Below are positions 52,891 through 64,000 of a DNA stretch of 64,000 nucleotides, in pieces. Within the stretch, counting starts at the first letter, position 1. The number at the start of each line of letters is the position of its first letter. Both the position numbers and the translations under genes were made by a program. Under the pieces are notes generated by a model. That model was not told the DNA's origin and did no database searches. It was given only the letters and a program-made list of their open reading frames with translations. This DNA is from Felis catus (taxonomy: Eukaryota), in contig NC_058368.1 in assembly GCF_018350175.1 (NCBI RefSeq), positions 108,626,001 through 108,690,000 of the forward strand, in the 5' to 3' direction.

Positions 52891-54303
52891 TACAATAATA
52901 ACATTTATGTACTATAAAATATCTGTAGAAAGAACACAACTGGTTAAAAAAATGTTACCATATCTATATGAACAAATAGTTTAATAAAAGGTAATACATT
53001 TATATACTTTCCAGTGTGAGACAATACATATGGAGAACAAGGTAGAATGTTTAGAATCAGAAAGACCTGAGTTTAAAGGCCAGTTTTGCTACTGGCCTTG
53101 GAAAAGTTACTTAACCTGTCCTGATTCTTGGTTCCCTCTTTTATGCAAAACAGAATGGCAATCTTGTTTCCTAGGATTCTTGAGGTAAGAATCTCAAGTA
53201 ACAGGAAAGATAATACTTCTTAAAAATTAATGTCCTTTTCTATTTTAGAAATGACACCAGCCCCAGACTGTGACCACCTCCTTGAATTTAGATACTGTCG
53301 CTCTCACACACACCCTACCCTCAGTCTACATGCCGCAAACCAAGCTCTTGATCTTTGCTCAGGAATGTTTCTCCTCAGTCTCTCCCATCTTCTAGTTGCT
53401 TAAGCCAAAAGTGCGGAGTCAGCCTTGACTACTTTCATACTCCACCATTCATTCCATCAATGAATAACAGACCACCCTGTTAGTTCTGCTTTCAAAATAT
53501 ATCCAAAATCCTTTGGATTTGGTTCCAAAAGCTAGTTCTTACCTATACTCTTACCACTCTGGTCCAATATCTCTTGCCTAGATTAGGACAATAGTCTCCT
53601 AACTATATCTCACTATAAGTATAATTGTCTCTTCATAGTCTATTCACAACACAGTAGCCAGGGTGATTCTTTTAAAAACTAAGCTATATCATGTTCCCTT
53701 CTAACCCTTTCAAAGGCTTTCCAATCCACTTACATTCAGCTACCACGCCTTATATGATATGGCTTTTTCTCTCATTTCATCTTCTTTTTCCTTCTCCCAC
53801 ACTCCATCCCAGGAGCCCAGGCCTTCTTGGCTCAGAGCCTTGCTTCAGCTATTCCTTCCACCTGGAATCCTCTTTTCTCCTGTGAATTACATGTCTTTCT
53901 CTGTTTCCTTCTTTATGTCTCTGCTCAAATTTCATTTATGACTTCTCTGACCACACTACTTAAAATAGTGAACCTTCCTTCCAATACTCTCTAGCCCCCA
54001 TCTTGCTTTTTATCCATAGCATTCATTACCATATAGAACAGAATGAATTTGTTCATTCATTTATTGTCTATCTCATCCAAGTAGAATGTGGACTTGAGGG
54101 CAGAGATTTTGTTTTTAATCTATTTCATTGATTACAATGTATCTCTACCTGTAAGAATACTTCTGGCACATAATGATTCCTCAACAAACACTGAATAAAT
54201 GAATACCTAAATTTGTGGGCTGACAATCATTCCAGCTATATAACTATTATAACACAGGGTTTTCAAAAGTTCGACAACTTTAAAATAAAATATTAGTTCT
54301 TAC

Positions 54304-54343
54304 ATTTCTCTATGGCATTTCTGATAGTCTTCTGAAGAGGGAC
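54304..54343 (-). CDS. MEIKIN: MEIKIN coding exon, 40 nt, xPSSEDYQKCHRE(I)
   Basis: Minus strand ttttttcctttcctag|GTCCCTCTTCAGAAGAC...AGAGAAAT|gtaaga; resembles human STSSEDYQKCHRKT (recalled). Confidence 0.92.
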
Positions 54344-55420
54344 CTAGGAAAGGAAAAAAAACAAAACAAAACACCAATCTATTAGAAATATAATTCAAGC
54401 ACAGACCAGAGGCCAAAATTACTCTAGCTAAAAGTAAATATTCTCTCTAAAATATATGGTGATAGTGCAGTTTATTTTTATAATTTTATTGTTTTGTATT
54501 GTTTTTATCTGCCACTTAAATTATGAAGTATTTTCAAAATACCAAAATAAAACAAAATTGTTAGGAAATTTTATGAGATGCAGGAATCCATCTGCCTGTA
54601 TTTGGATAGTTAGTTATAATTTTTGAAGTCCTTACCAATCTTTTATCTACTTGATTCTTACAATAGTCCCACAAGGTAAATATAACAATTTACTATTCCC
54701 ACAATACATATACAAAATAACTGGTCAAGTGATAAAACTAACAGCTGCCTACCTGGAACTTAAACTCAAATATCATGGTTCTTAATCCAGTACAAATATA
54801 GATACACATATTAGTAGACTTATTAGTCAAGACAATGCCTACCAGTCAATATTTTGCTGTCTAGGCACTCTATATTACTAGGTATATAAAGAACTGTGGG
54901 AGTAGTCTTCTGAAGAATATGACCCTAATAAGCTGCAGAACTCTGCTTACATTTAATTAGGATTTTACAGTTTAGTAAAAGTGAAGTGAATGATGCCTAC
55001 TAATCATTTAGAAGTATTTCTCTGAAAGGTAGGTTCCCAAAATATAAAGGACTACAGTGAACAGCATCTACTTTCTGCTTTTGCTGATGATAGTCTCTTG
55101 CTTTTCCTTGTGATAATCAAGACAGGGCCTGTGACTCAGTACAATGGGAGCCCTGCATCTCTCTGCCCAAAGTGACTGTTCAAGGATAAGCATATGAAAT
55201 AATTTAAGCCAAGGTATAAGACCAGGACTTTTGTTCAAATCACTGGGAAAGAGAAGCACTTTTGTTCACTGGATTTGAGGCTGTGAGTATATAGGCCTGG
55301 ACCTAACAAGAGCTACTATATGAAGGGAGGTTAGCTGAGAGTTCAGTTTGCACATTAGTGCTGTGAGCTGAGAGATGGAAAGGAATTGGGTCCTACTGAT
55401 ACCATTTGAAAGCCTGAATT

Positions 55421-55640
55421 AGGGTTCCTGGGTGGTTCAGTTGGTTAATCATCCAACTTTGTCTCAGGTCAAACCACAGTTTGTGGGTTTGAGCCCCACG
55501 TCAGGCTCTGTGCTGACAACTCAGGGCCTGGAGCCTGCTTCAGATTCTGTGTCTCCCTCTCTCTCTGCCCCTCCCCTGCTGGCACTCTGTCTCTCTCTCT
55601 CAAAAATAAATAAAAGCATTAAAAATAATTTTTTTTAAAA
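55421..55640 (+). mobile_element. Can-SINE
   Basis: Flanking repeat gaaagcctg. Confidence 0.9.
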
Positions 55641-56779
55641 AAAGAAAGCCTGGATCAAGTTGTAATTGCATATGATATACTGCTAGATTTTTCAGGTATA
55701 TGTGGTAATAATTTCATTTTTAACCTAATAAAGTTTGAGGTAGGATTGATTTTTTTTTAATTTTTTTCTTTCTTTCCTTCTTTCTTTTTGTTTTTTGTCA
55801 TCACTTACAGTGGACAAAGAAGTTAACTGAAACATTTGTTAAAGAGACAGGCTGCTTCTTTGGGCACTTCATTATCAGCAAAGGAGTTGCCAAAGTAAAC
55901 ATAATACAAGGTTTTCAAACTGTCAGAAATACTGCCATCCAGATAGATACCAACTCTCCCATAAGGGACCCCATAACCAATGCTTAATTCTTTGATATTA
56001 TTTATCCCTCCTTTTTGTGAGGCTCTGATAGATGAGCTGACAACATCCACTGCTATTCCCCCTCTCTATTTTTATACATTTTCCCCTTTCTACCACTATA
56101 GAGGCTAGAAGAATAAAATACTTGGATTTTTATAAACTTTATCAAAGAAGACTTCCAAGTAGCCAGGAGATACAGGACTCAGTCCTGGCCAATAGACCTA
56201 GTCTGCTGGGGAATTAATTGGAAAGCTTTTGCTTTTCTGATAAAAAGAGATCCATGTGGCTAGTACTGCCTTTTCTAATTCTTTTTCCCTGGAACACTGT
56301 TGTGATGCCTAAAGGCTTAGCAACCATCCTACAACTATGGGGTAACAAGCCAACACACTTGGTAGTAGAAAGATAGAAAGAGTATAAGATCTTAATGCTA
56401 TTAGTGAGATGCTACACTAACTCTGGCCTGGGAAGAGAAGTAAATCTAGTATAAACAAGCCTTTTTTGCACGACAAAAACAACATTGTACACAAAAAGAC
56501 AACTGACAAACTTGGGGAAATATTCACAATATAAGCCACAGACAAAAAACTAATATTCTTTTTTTTCCCAAAGTTTATTTCTTTTTGAGAGACAGAGCAT
56601 AAGTGGGGGGAGGGGCAGAGAGAGAGCGAGACACAGAATCCGAAGTAGGCTTCGGGTTCTGAGCTGTCAGCACAAAGCCTGATGCAGGGCTTGAATCCAT
56701 GAACCGTGAGATCATGACCTGAGCCGAAGTTGGATGCTTAACCAACTGAGCTACCCAGGAGCCCTTAATATTCTTTACA

Positions 56780-57275
56780 AAAATTTTTTTTTAGGTATAG
56801 ATGAAACACATTATATTAGTTTCATGTGTACTACCTAATGAATTAACTTCTCTAAATATTATATTATGCTCACCACAAGTGTAGCTAACTTGTCACCATA
56901 TGATGCTATTATAATACCACAGACTACATTCCCTATGCTGTGACTTTTATTCCTGTGACTTATTCATTCCAAAACTCCAAGTCTCTCATCCCCTCTCCCC
57001 TTAACCCATTTTGCCCACACTCCTATTCCCCTTCCCTGTGGGAACCATTAGTTTGTTCTCTGTATTTACAGGTCTGATTCTGTTTTTTGTTTTTTTAATT
57101 TGTTTTGTTTTTTAAGATTCCACACATGTGAAATCATATGGTATTTGTCTTTCTCATCCTCACTTATTTCACTTACCATAATGCCCTCTAGGTGCATTCA
57201 TGTAGTTGCAAATGGCAAGACCTTAACCTTTTATGGCTGTGTAATAGTGTGCGTGCATGTCTGTGTGTGTGTGTC

Positions 57276-57306
<31 letters not shown>

Positions 57307-59338
57307 ACCATATCTTCCTCATCCATTTGTTCATCAGTGTACATTTAGACCACTTCCATACCTTGGCTATTACAAATAATACTACAATAAATTTTCAAAT
57401 TAGTGTTTTTGTTTTCTTTGGGTAAATATCCAGTAGTGGGATTACTGAATCATATAGTATTTCGACTTTTAATGTTTTGAGGAACATCCATACTGTTTTC
57501 CACAGTGGCTGTGCCAATTCACATTCCTACCAACAGTGCATGAGGGTTCCTTTTTCTCCATATCCTTATCAACACTTCCTTTTTCTTCTCTTTTTATTTT
57601 AGCCATTCTGACAGGTGTGAGGTAGTATCTCATTGTGGTTTTGATTTGCAGTTTCCTGGTGATTAATGATGGAAGCATCTTTTCATGGCTGTTGGCCATC
57701 TGCATGTCTTCTTTGGAAACATGTCTATTCAGGTACACTGCCCATTTTTTTAAAGTTTCTTTTTTTAAGTTTTTATTTATTTCAGAGAGACAGTTCAAAT
57801 AGGGGAGGGGCAGAGGGAGAAGGAGAGACAGAGAATCCCAAGCAGGCTCTGCACCACCAGTGCAGAGCCGGATGCAGGGCTCGAACCCACAAAGCTGTGA
57901 GATCGTGACCTGAGCTGAAGCCATACAAAGAGACATATCTAGAAAAAAATGTCATTATGGCTGATGTAAGAAAAAGTACTGCCTATGTTCTCTCATAGGA
58001 TTTTTATGATTTCAGGCCTCACAGTTAGGCCTTTAATCCATTTTGAGTTTGTGTATGGTATAAGAAAGTGGTCCACTTTCATTTTTTTGCATGTAGCTAT
58101 CCAATTTTCCCAGTACCATTTATTGAAGAGGCAGTCTTTTCCCCATTGTAACTTCTTGCATTCTTTGTCACAGATTAATTGACCATATAAGCATGGGTTT
58201 ATTTCCAGGCTCTCTATTCTGTTCCATTGATCTATGTGTTTATTTTTGTGCCAGAACCATGCTATTTTGACTACAGCTTGTAATATATCTTGACATCTGG
58301 AAATGTGACATCTCCAGCTTTACTATTTCTCAATATTGCTTTGGATATTTGGGCTCTTCTGTGGTTCCAAACAAATTTTAGACTTATTTGTTCTAATTCT
58401 GTGAAAAATGCTATTGGTATTTTGATAGGGATTGCACTGAATCTTCAAATTGTTTGGGGTAGTATGGACATCTTAACAATATTAATTCTTCCAATTCATG
58501 AGCACGAAATACCTTCTCATTTCTCTTCAATTTCTTTCATCAGTGTTTTACAGTCCTCAGAATACAGGTCTTTCACCCCCCTGGTTAAGTTTATTCCTAG
58601 GTATTTTATTGTTTTTTGTGCAATTACACATGGAGTTGTTTTCTTAATTTCTCTTTCAGCTATTTTGTTATCAGTGCACACAAATGCTATTAATTTCTGG
58701 ATATTAATTTTGTATCCTAAAACTTTACTGAGTTTATTTATTACTTCTAATAGTTTTTTGGTAAAGTCTTTAGGGTCTTCCGTGTACAGTATCATGTCAT
58801 CTGCAAACAATGATAGCTTAATTTCTTCCTTATCAATATGGATGTCTCATTTCTCTTTCTTGTCTGACTGCTGTGGCTAGAATGTCTAGCACTATGCTGT
58901 AGTGTTAGAAAAGTAGTAAGACAGGACATCCTTATCTTGTTCCTGATCTTAGAGGAAAAGCTCTCAGGTTTTAACCATAGAGTATGATATTAACTGTGCT
59001 TTTTTTTTTCTTTCATAGATGGCCTTTATTATGTTGAGGTATGTTCTCTCTAAAGTCACATTAGGGAAAGTTTTTTTTTTTTTTTTAAATCATGAATGGA
59101 TGTTAAATTTTGTCAAATGCTTTTTCTGCATCTACTGAGATAATCGTGATTTTTATCCTTCATTTTGTTGATGTGGAGTATCATGTTGATTGTGATATTG
59201 AACCATCCTTGCGTCCCCAGAATAAATCCCACTTGGTAGTGGTGAATGATCCTTTTAATGTATTGTTGAATGTGGTTGATAATATTTTATTGAGGATTTT
59301 TAAATCTATGTTCATCAGGGATTTTGAACTGTAGTCTT

Positions 59339-59373
<35 letters not shown>

Positions 59374-61615
59374 TGGTGTATTTGTCTGGCTTTGGTATCA
59401 TGGTAGTGCTGGCCTTATGGAATGAGTTTGGAAGCTTTCCTTCCTCTCTCTCCTATTTTTTTGGAATTGTTTGAGAAGAATAAGCATTAACTCTTCTTTA
59501 AATGGTTTTTAGAATTCACCTGTGAATCCATCTAGTCCTAGACTTTTATTTTTTGGTAGTCTTTTGTGTACTAATTCAATTTTGTTATTACTAATGGTTT
59601 CTTTAAGATTTTCTATTTCTTCCTGATTCAGTCTGTTAGATTGTGTGTTTCTAGAAATTTATCCATTTCTTCTAGGATGTCCAATTTTTTGGCATATAAT
59701 TTTTCAAACTACTCTTACAATCTTATATTTATGTGGTGTCAGTTGTTACTTGTCCTCTTTCATTTCTGGTTTTACTTATTTGGGTCATTTCTCTTTTTGT
59801 CTTGAAGAGTCTGCCTAAGGACTTATCAATTTTATTTGTTTTCAAAGAACCAGCTCCTGCTTTTGTTGAACTGTTCTATTGGTTTTGGTTTTTGTTTTAG
59901 TCTCTACGTCATTTATTTCTGCTCTAAACTTTATTATTTCCTTCTTTCTACTCACATTGGGCTTTGTTTGTTCTTTTTTCTATTTCTTTTCGGTTTAAGG
60001 TTAGATAATTTTTTTTAATGTTTATTTATTTTGAGAGAGAGAGAGAGAGGGAGATCGAGCAAGCACACACAAGTGGGGGAGGGGTAGAAAGAGAATGATA
60101 GAGAGAATCCCAAGCAGCCTCTGTGCTGTCAGTGCAGAGGCCCATGCAGGACTCAACCCCATGAACCAGGAGATTGTGACCTGAGCTGAAATCAAGAGTT
60201 AGATGCTCAACCGAGCTACCCAAGTGCCCCGGTTTATAAACAGATATATAATTATAAATAAATAGATAATTTATTTGAGCTTTTTCTTGTTTCTTCAGGT
60301 AGGCCTGTATCATTATATATTTCTCTCTTAGAATTGTTTTTTATGTGTCTTAAATGTTTTGGACCATTACATTTTCATTTTCTTGTGTCTCCATGTAATT
60401 TTTGATTTCCCCTTTGATTTATATGTTGACCCATTAGTTGTTTAGTATTATGTTGTTTAGCCTCCACATGTTTGTGCTTTTTTCCAGTTTTTTTTTCTTA
60501 TGATTCACTTCCAGTTTTATACTGCTGTGGGAAGAAAAGATGCATGGTATAAATTCAATCTTCTCAAATTTATTCAGACTTGCTTTCTGGCCTAACATTT
60601 AATCTATTCTAAAGAATTTTCCACATGCCCTTGAAAAGAATGTACATTCTGTTGTTTGGATGAAATGTTTTGTATATATCTGTCATACCATCTGGGGTAA
60701 TGTGTCATTCAAAGACACTGTTTCCTTATATATATATTTTTTTCAATTTTTTTTCAAATTTATTTCTGAGAGAGAGCATGAGTGGGGAAGGCACAGACAG
60801 AGAGGGAGACACAGAATCCGAAACAAAATCCAGGCTCTGAGCTGTCAGCACAGCTGACAGGGTCCAAACTCATGAACTACAAGATTATGACCTCAGCCAA
60901 AGTTGGACACTCAACCGAATGAGCCACCCAGGCATCCCTCCTTATATATATTTTTTAATGTTTATTTATTTTTGAGAGAGAGAGAGAGGGAGAGAGAGAG
61001 AGAACATGTGAGGGTCAGGGAGGGGCAGAGAGACAGAGAGACCAAGAATCCAAAGCCGGCTCTGTGATGACAGCAGAGACCCTAATCCCAGGCTCCAACA
61101 CACAAACCATGAGATCATGACCCGAGCCAAAGTCGGACACTTAACGGACTGAACTACCCAGGAACTCTGACACTGTGTCCTTATTGATTTGCTACCTGGA
61201 TGATCTGTCCATTAATCTAAGTGGGGTATTAAAGTCCCCTATTATTATTGTATTACCATCAGTTTCTCTCTTTATGTCCATTAATATTTGCTTTATGTAT
61301 TTAGGTGCTCCAATATTGGGTGCATAGATATATACAACTGTTATTGTCTCATTGGGTTGATCCCTTTATAATATGCAATGCCTTTCTTTGTCTCTAATTA
61401 CAGTCTTTGTTTTAAAAAGTCTTTTTGTCTGGTATAAGTGTTGCTACCCTGGAGTTTTTTTTAATTTCCATAAGCATGGTAAATGTTTTTCCATCCCTTC
61501 ATTTCAGTCTGTATATGTCGTTATGGCTGAGATGAGTCTCTTGTAGGCAGCATATAGATATGTCTTGTTTTTTAATCCACTCTACCACCCTATGTCTTTT
61601 TATTGGAGCATTTAG
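56780..61615 (-). mobile_element. Carnivore L1 (about 4.8 kb including nested SINEs at about 57745-57925, 60010-60230, 60735-61165)
   Basis: Minus-strand ORF 58517-58810 [20 protein letters not shown] (RT catalytic motif), followed by 3' UTR and tail. Confidence 0.92.
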
Positions 61616-61663
61616 GAAAAGGCTAAAATTCTTAATAGCTAATGTACTTAGAAATGGAGGGTA

Positions 61664-61884
61664 GGGGTACCTGGGTGGCTCAGTTGGTTAAGCGTCCGAC
61701 TTTGGCTCAGGTCATGAACTTGCGGTTTGTGAGTTCAAGCCCCACGTCAGGCTCTGTGCTGACAGCTTGGAGCCTGGAGCCTGCTTCGGATTTGTGTCTC
61801 CTTCTCTCTCTGTTCCTCCCCAGCTTCCACTCTGTCCCTCTCTCTCTCAAAACTAAGTAAAAATTTAAAAAATAAAAAAAAAAA
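61664..61884 (+). mobile_element. Can-SINE
   Basis: TSD agaaatggagggta on both sides. Confidence 0.93.
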
Positions 61885-61899
61885 AGAAATGGAGGGTAA

Positions 61900-63975
61900 A
61901 GAATAAAAAAACAGGTGAAAAAATGGGGAAAAGGCATGAAAAGAAAATTTACACATACATGCACACACACATACACACACACAGAAAATAAAAATAGCCT
62001 TCAAATATGTGAAAAATATTTAAGCTCACATACAGTTAGGGAAATGCAAACTAAAATAACACTGAGATACCATTTCTCACCTATTAGAGTAGCAAAAATT
62101 TTTAAATATGACAATATATTTTGTTGGTGAGGGTATGAGGAAACAGGATATGAGAATATGTTGATGGGATGCAAACTGGTATAATCTTTCTGGAGGAAAA
62201 TCTGGCAATACGCAACAAAACTATATATCCACTTACCTTATGACCCAGCATCCTACTTCTGAAAATCTATCTTTACAATATAATATATTTTTGTATTATT
62301 GATGGAATAAGTTTATTCATTTACACACTGTTTGTAGTGGCAAAATACTGGGGGGAAACCCTAGATATCTAATTCATAGGAGAGTGCTTAAATAAACAAA
62401 AATATATCCATACAGTGGAGTACCATGCAGCTATTGAAAAAACATGAGGAAGAGCTCCTTAAAACTAGCTGGAGTGATTTCTAATACATACTAATATGTG
62501 GAAAAAAACAAAATAAAAAAGTATATATAAATATGCTAACCTTCATGCACGAAAGAAGAGGATATAGGGCACCTGGGTGGCTCAGTTGGGTGAATATCAG
62601 ATTTTGGCTCAGATCATGATCTCACGTTTTGTGAGTTCAAGCCCTACATTGGGCTAGCTGTTGTCAGTGCAGAGCCCACTCTGGATCCTCTGTCCCCCAC
62701 TTCTCTCTGCCCCTCCCCTGCTTGTGCTCTTTCTCTCAAAAATAAATGAAACATTCAAAAAAAAAAGGGAAATAAAGAAGAGGATATAAGAAAATATATA
62801 CAAAAGAAATATTAGAAAGATAAACCATAAGGGTTGGGTGGGAAAGGGGTAGAAAGAAGAGGGGAATAGGATCAGGGTAGCAGGAAGGAGAAGTGATGCT
62901 TTCCTGAGAACATATATATATTTTATAGCTTTGACTCTTAGAACCATAGCAATGTTTCACATACCTTCACATAGCCCCTTCTCCCCAAATAAAGAAACAA
63001 ATCAGGATGGAAAACCAAAAATTGAATCTGACACTAGCAAATGAGTCTAACTATACTCCAAGTGATTAACAAAATGCACTGAAATATATATAACCTATAT
63101 AACTTTGTGTATGCTTGAATTATGTAAATAAGTAAATAAAATATTGTATTTTAACACATAAAATAAATATTCATGAATTAATACTGCTATAAACAACTGA
63201 ATAAACAGCAGAAAAGATACAATTCTTTTACAGTAGAATTTCAATTAGTGAATGTAGCAGGGAAGCAAAAAATAGAAAATCACCATTAAACAAACACCAG
63301 CATAATAACTGTTATAGTCAAGTTCCTCTGATGAATACTAATATCAGTGAATGAAAATTTGAGGACAAACAGGATTTATAGGGTCTCAAACTATCTTCTC
63401 TGGATATTTATTAACCACAAAGGCAAACTAGTAACTTAACTATTCAGAAAACCACAGACACCACCTTAATCAAGTGATGAAGTTTAGTATCACCAGTAAT
63501 ATGATATACTGACATCAAGAATTTAATACAATGTACTGAAAAAGGCATAACATCATTTCTGCAGTGTTCTTTAAAACATTGTATAAGCTCATTCTAATCA
63601 TAAGAAAACATTAGACAAATTCAAAAGTGAGGGACATTCTATAAAATAACTGATGAGTAATCTTCAAAAGTACCAAGATTATGAAAAACAAACAAAGACT
63701 GAGAAACTGTTACAGACTATAGTAGACTAAAGAAGAAGTAACAATCAGATGCAATGTTTGATCCTGAAACACAAGAAAAGAGATTGGTGGAAAAACTGGT
63801 GAAATGCAAATAAGGTTTAATTAGTAGTTTTATGCCAGTGTTAATTTTCTGACTCTGATCATTGTACTAATGTTATATAAGACAGCATTACGGAAAACTG
63901 GGTGAGATGTATAAGGGAATTCTCTATTTTTGCAACTTTTTTGCAAGTCTAAAATTACTTCAAAATAAAAGTTAT
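61900..63975 (+). mobile_element. Old L1M 3' region with a Can-SINE (about 62567-62765)
   Basis: gaaatgcaaactaaaataacactgagataccatttctcac; ends tttgcaacttttttgcaagtctaaaattacttcaaaataaaagtt. Confidence 0.75.
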
Positions 63976-64000
63976 AAAACAGGAGACCGCTATGTTATTT

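Noticed and set aside
55823..56050. ORF containing RVGIYLDG, faintly SPRY-like
   Set aside because: Short, no other domain motifs or exon context, and lies among decayed LTR fragments.

Overview
This is feliform (cat-family) genomic DNA, judged from about 35 felid-type Can-SINEs and cat-type L1 ends. The window appears to lie entirely inside one gene, MEIKIN (meiosis-specific kinetochore factor), on the minus strand. The ORF track misses the gene. Seven internal coding exons were read by hand: 54304-54343, 52526-52590, 46952-47022, 28121-28285, 25975-26055, 17933-18052 and 8247-8370 (666 nt). They splice into one open frame: xPSSEDYQKCHREI-VMTLTDQNISQKPKSTLHSES-DNAACEVLLAEKTYPSAPEKTKKK-PEKDPEHTDKNFQAKLSSRHLKIKVPSSHQRSVIETSAGEPVTNVLLPQSMESAS-STNSSTPDKKSRDLLTSTPSSQTAGLV-IDLSSVQRASFEELFPNVSTYVNSNEIFPVSSLQENSSNE-FPSNKSEICCIIRATPGNRQVKSKGVVVKKKKYSPPKDIPQ. 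The 5' exons and the last exon were not found in the window. The rest is intron dense with nested L1s, Can-SINEs, an ERVL remnant with an MLT2 LTR, other LTRs and hAT MITEs, and nearly all listed ORFs are repeat debris. I see no evidence of a wholly new biological system. The best leads in the gene are a GC splice donor, a Thr-to-Ala loss of one Polo-box S-T-P motif, and a 165-nt exon missing from the human reference protein as I recall it. The best leads in the repeats are a probable L1 3' transduction, two L1s sharing a rare frameshift, an L1 inserted at its own homologous site, and a poly(A)-only insertion. Gene and repeat names are from memory, not from database searches.
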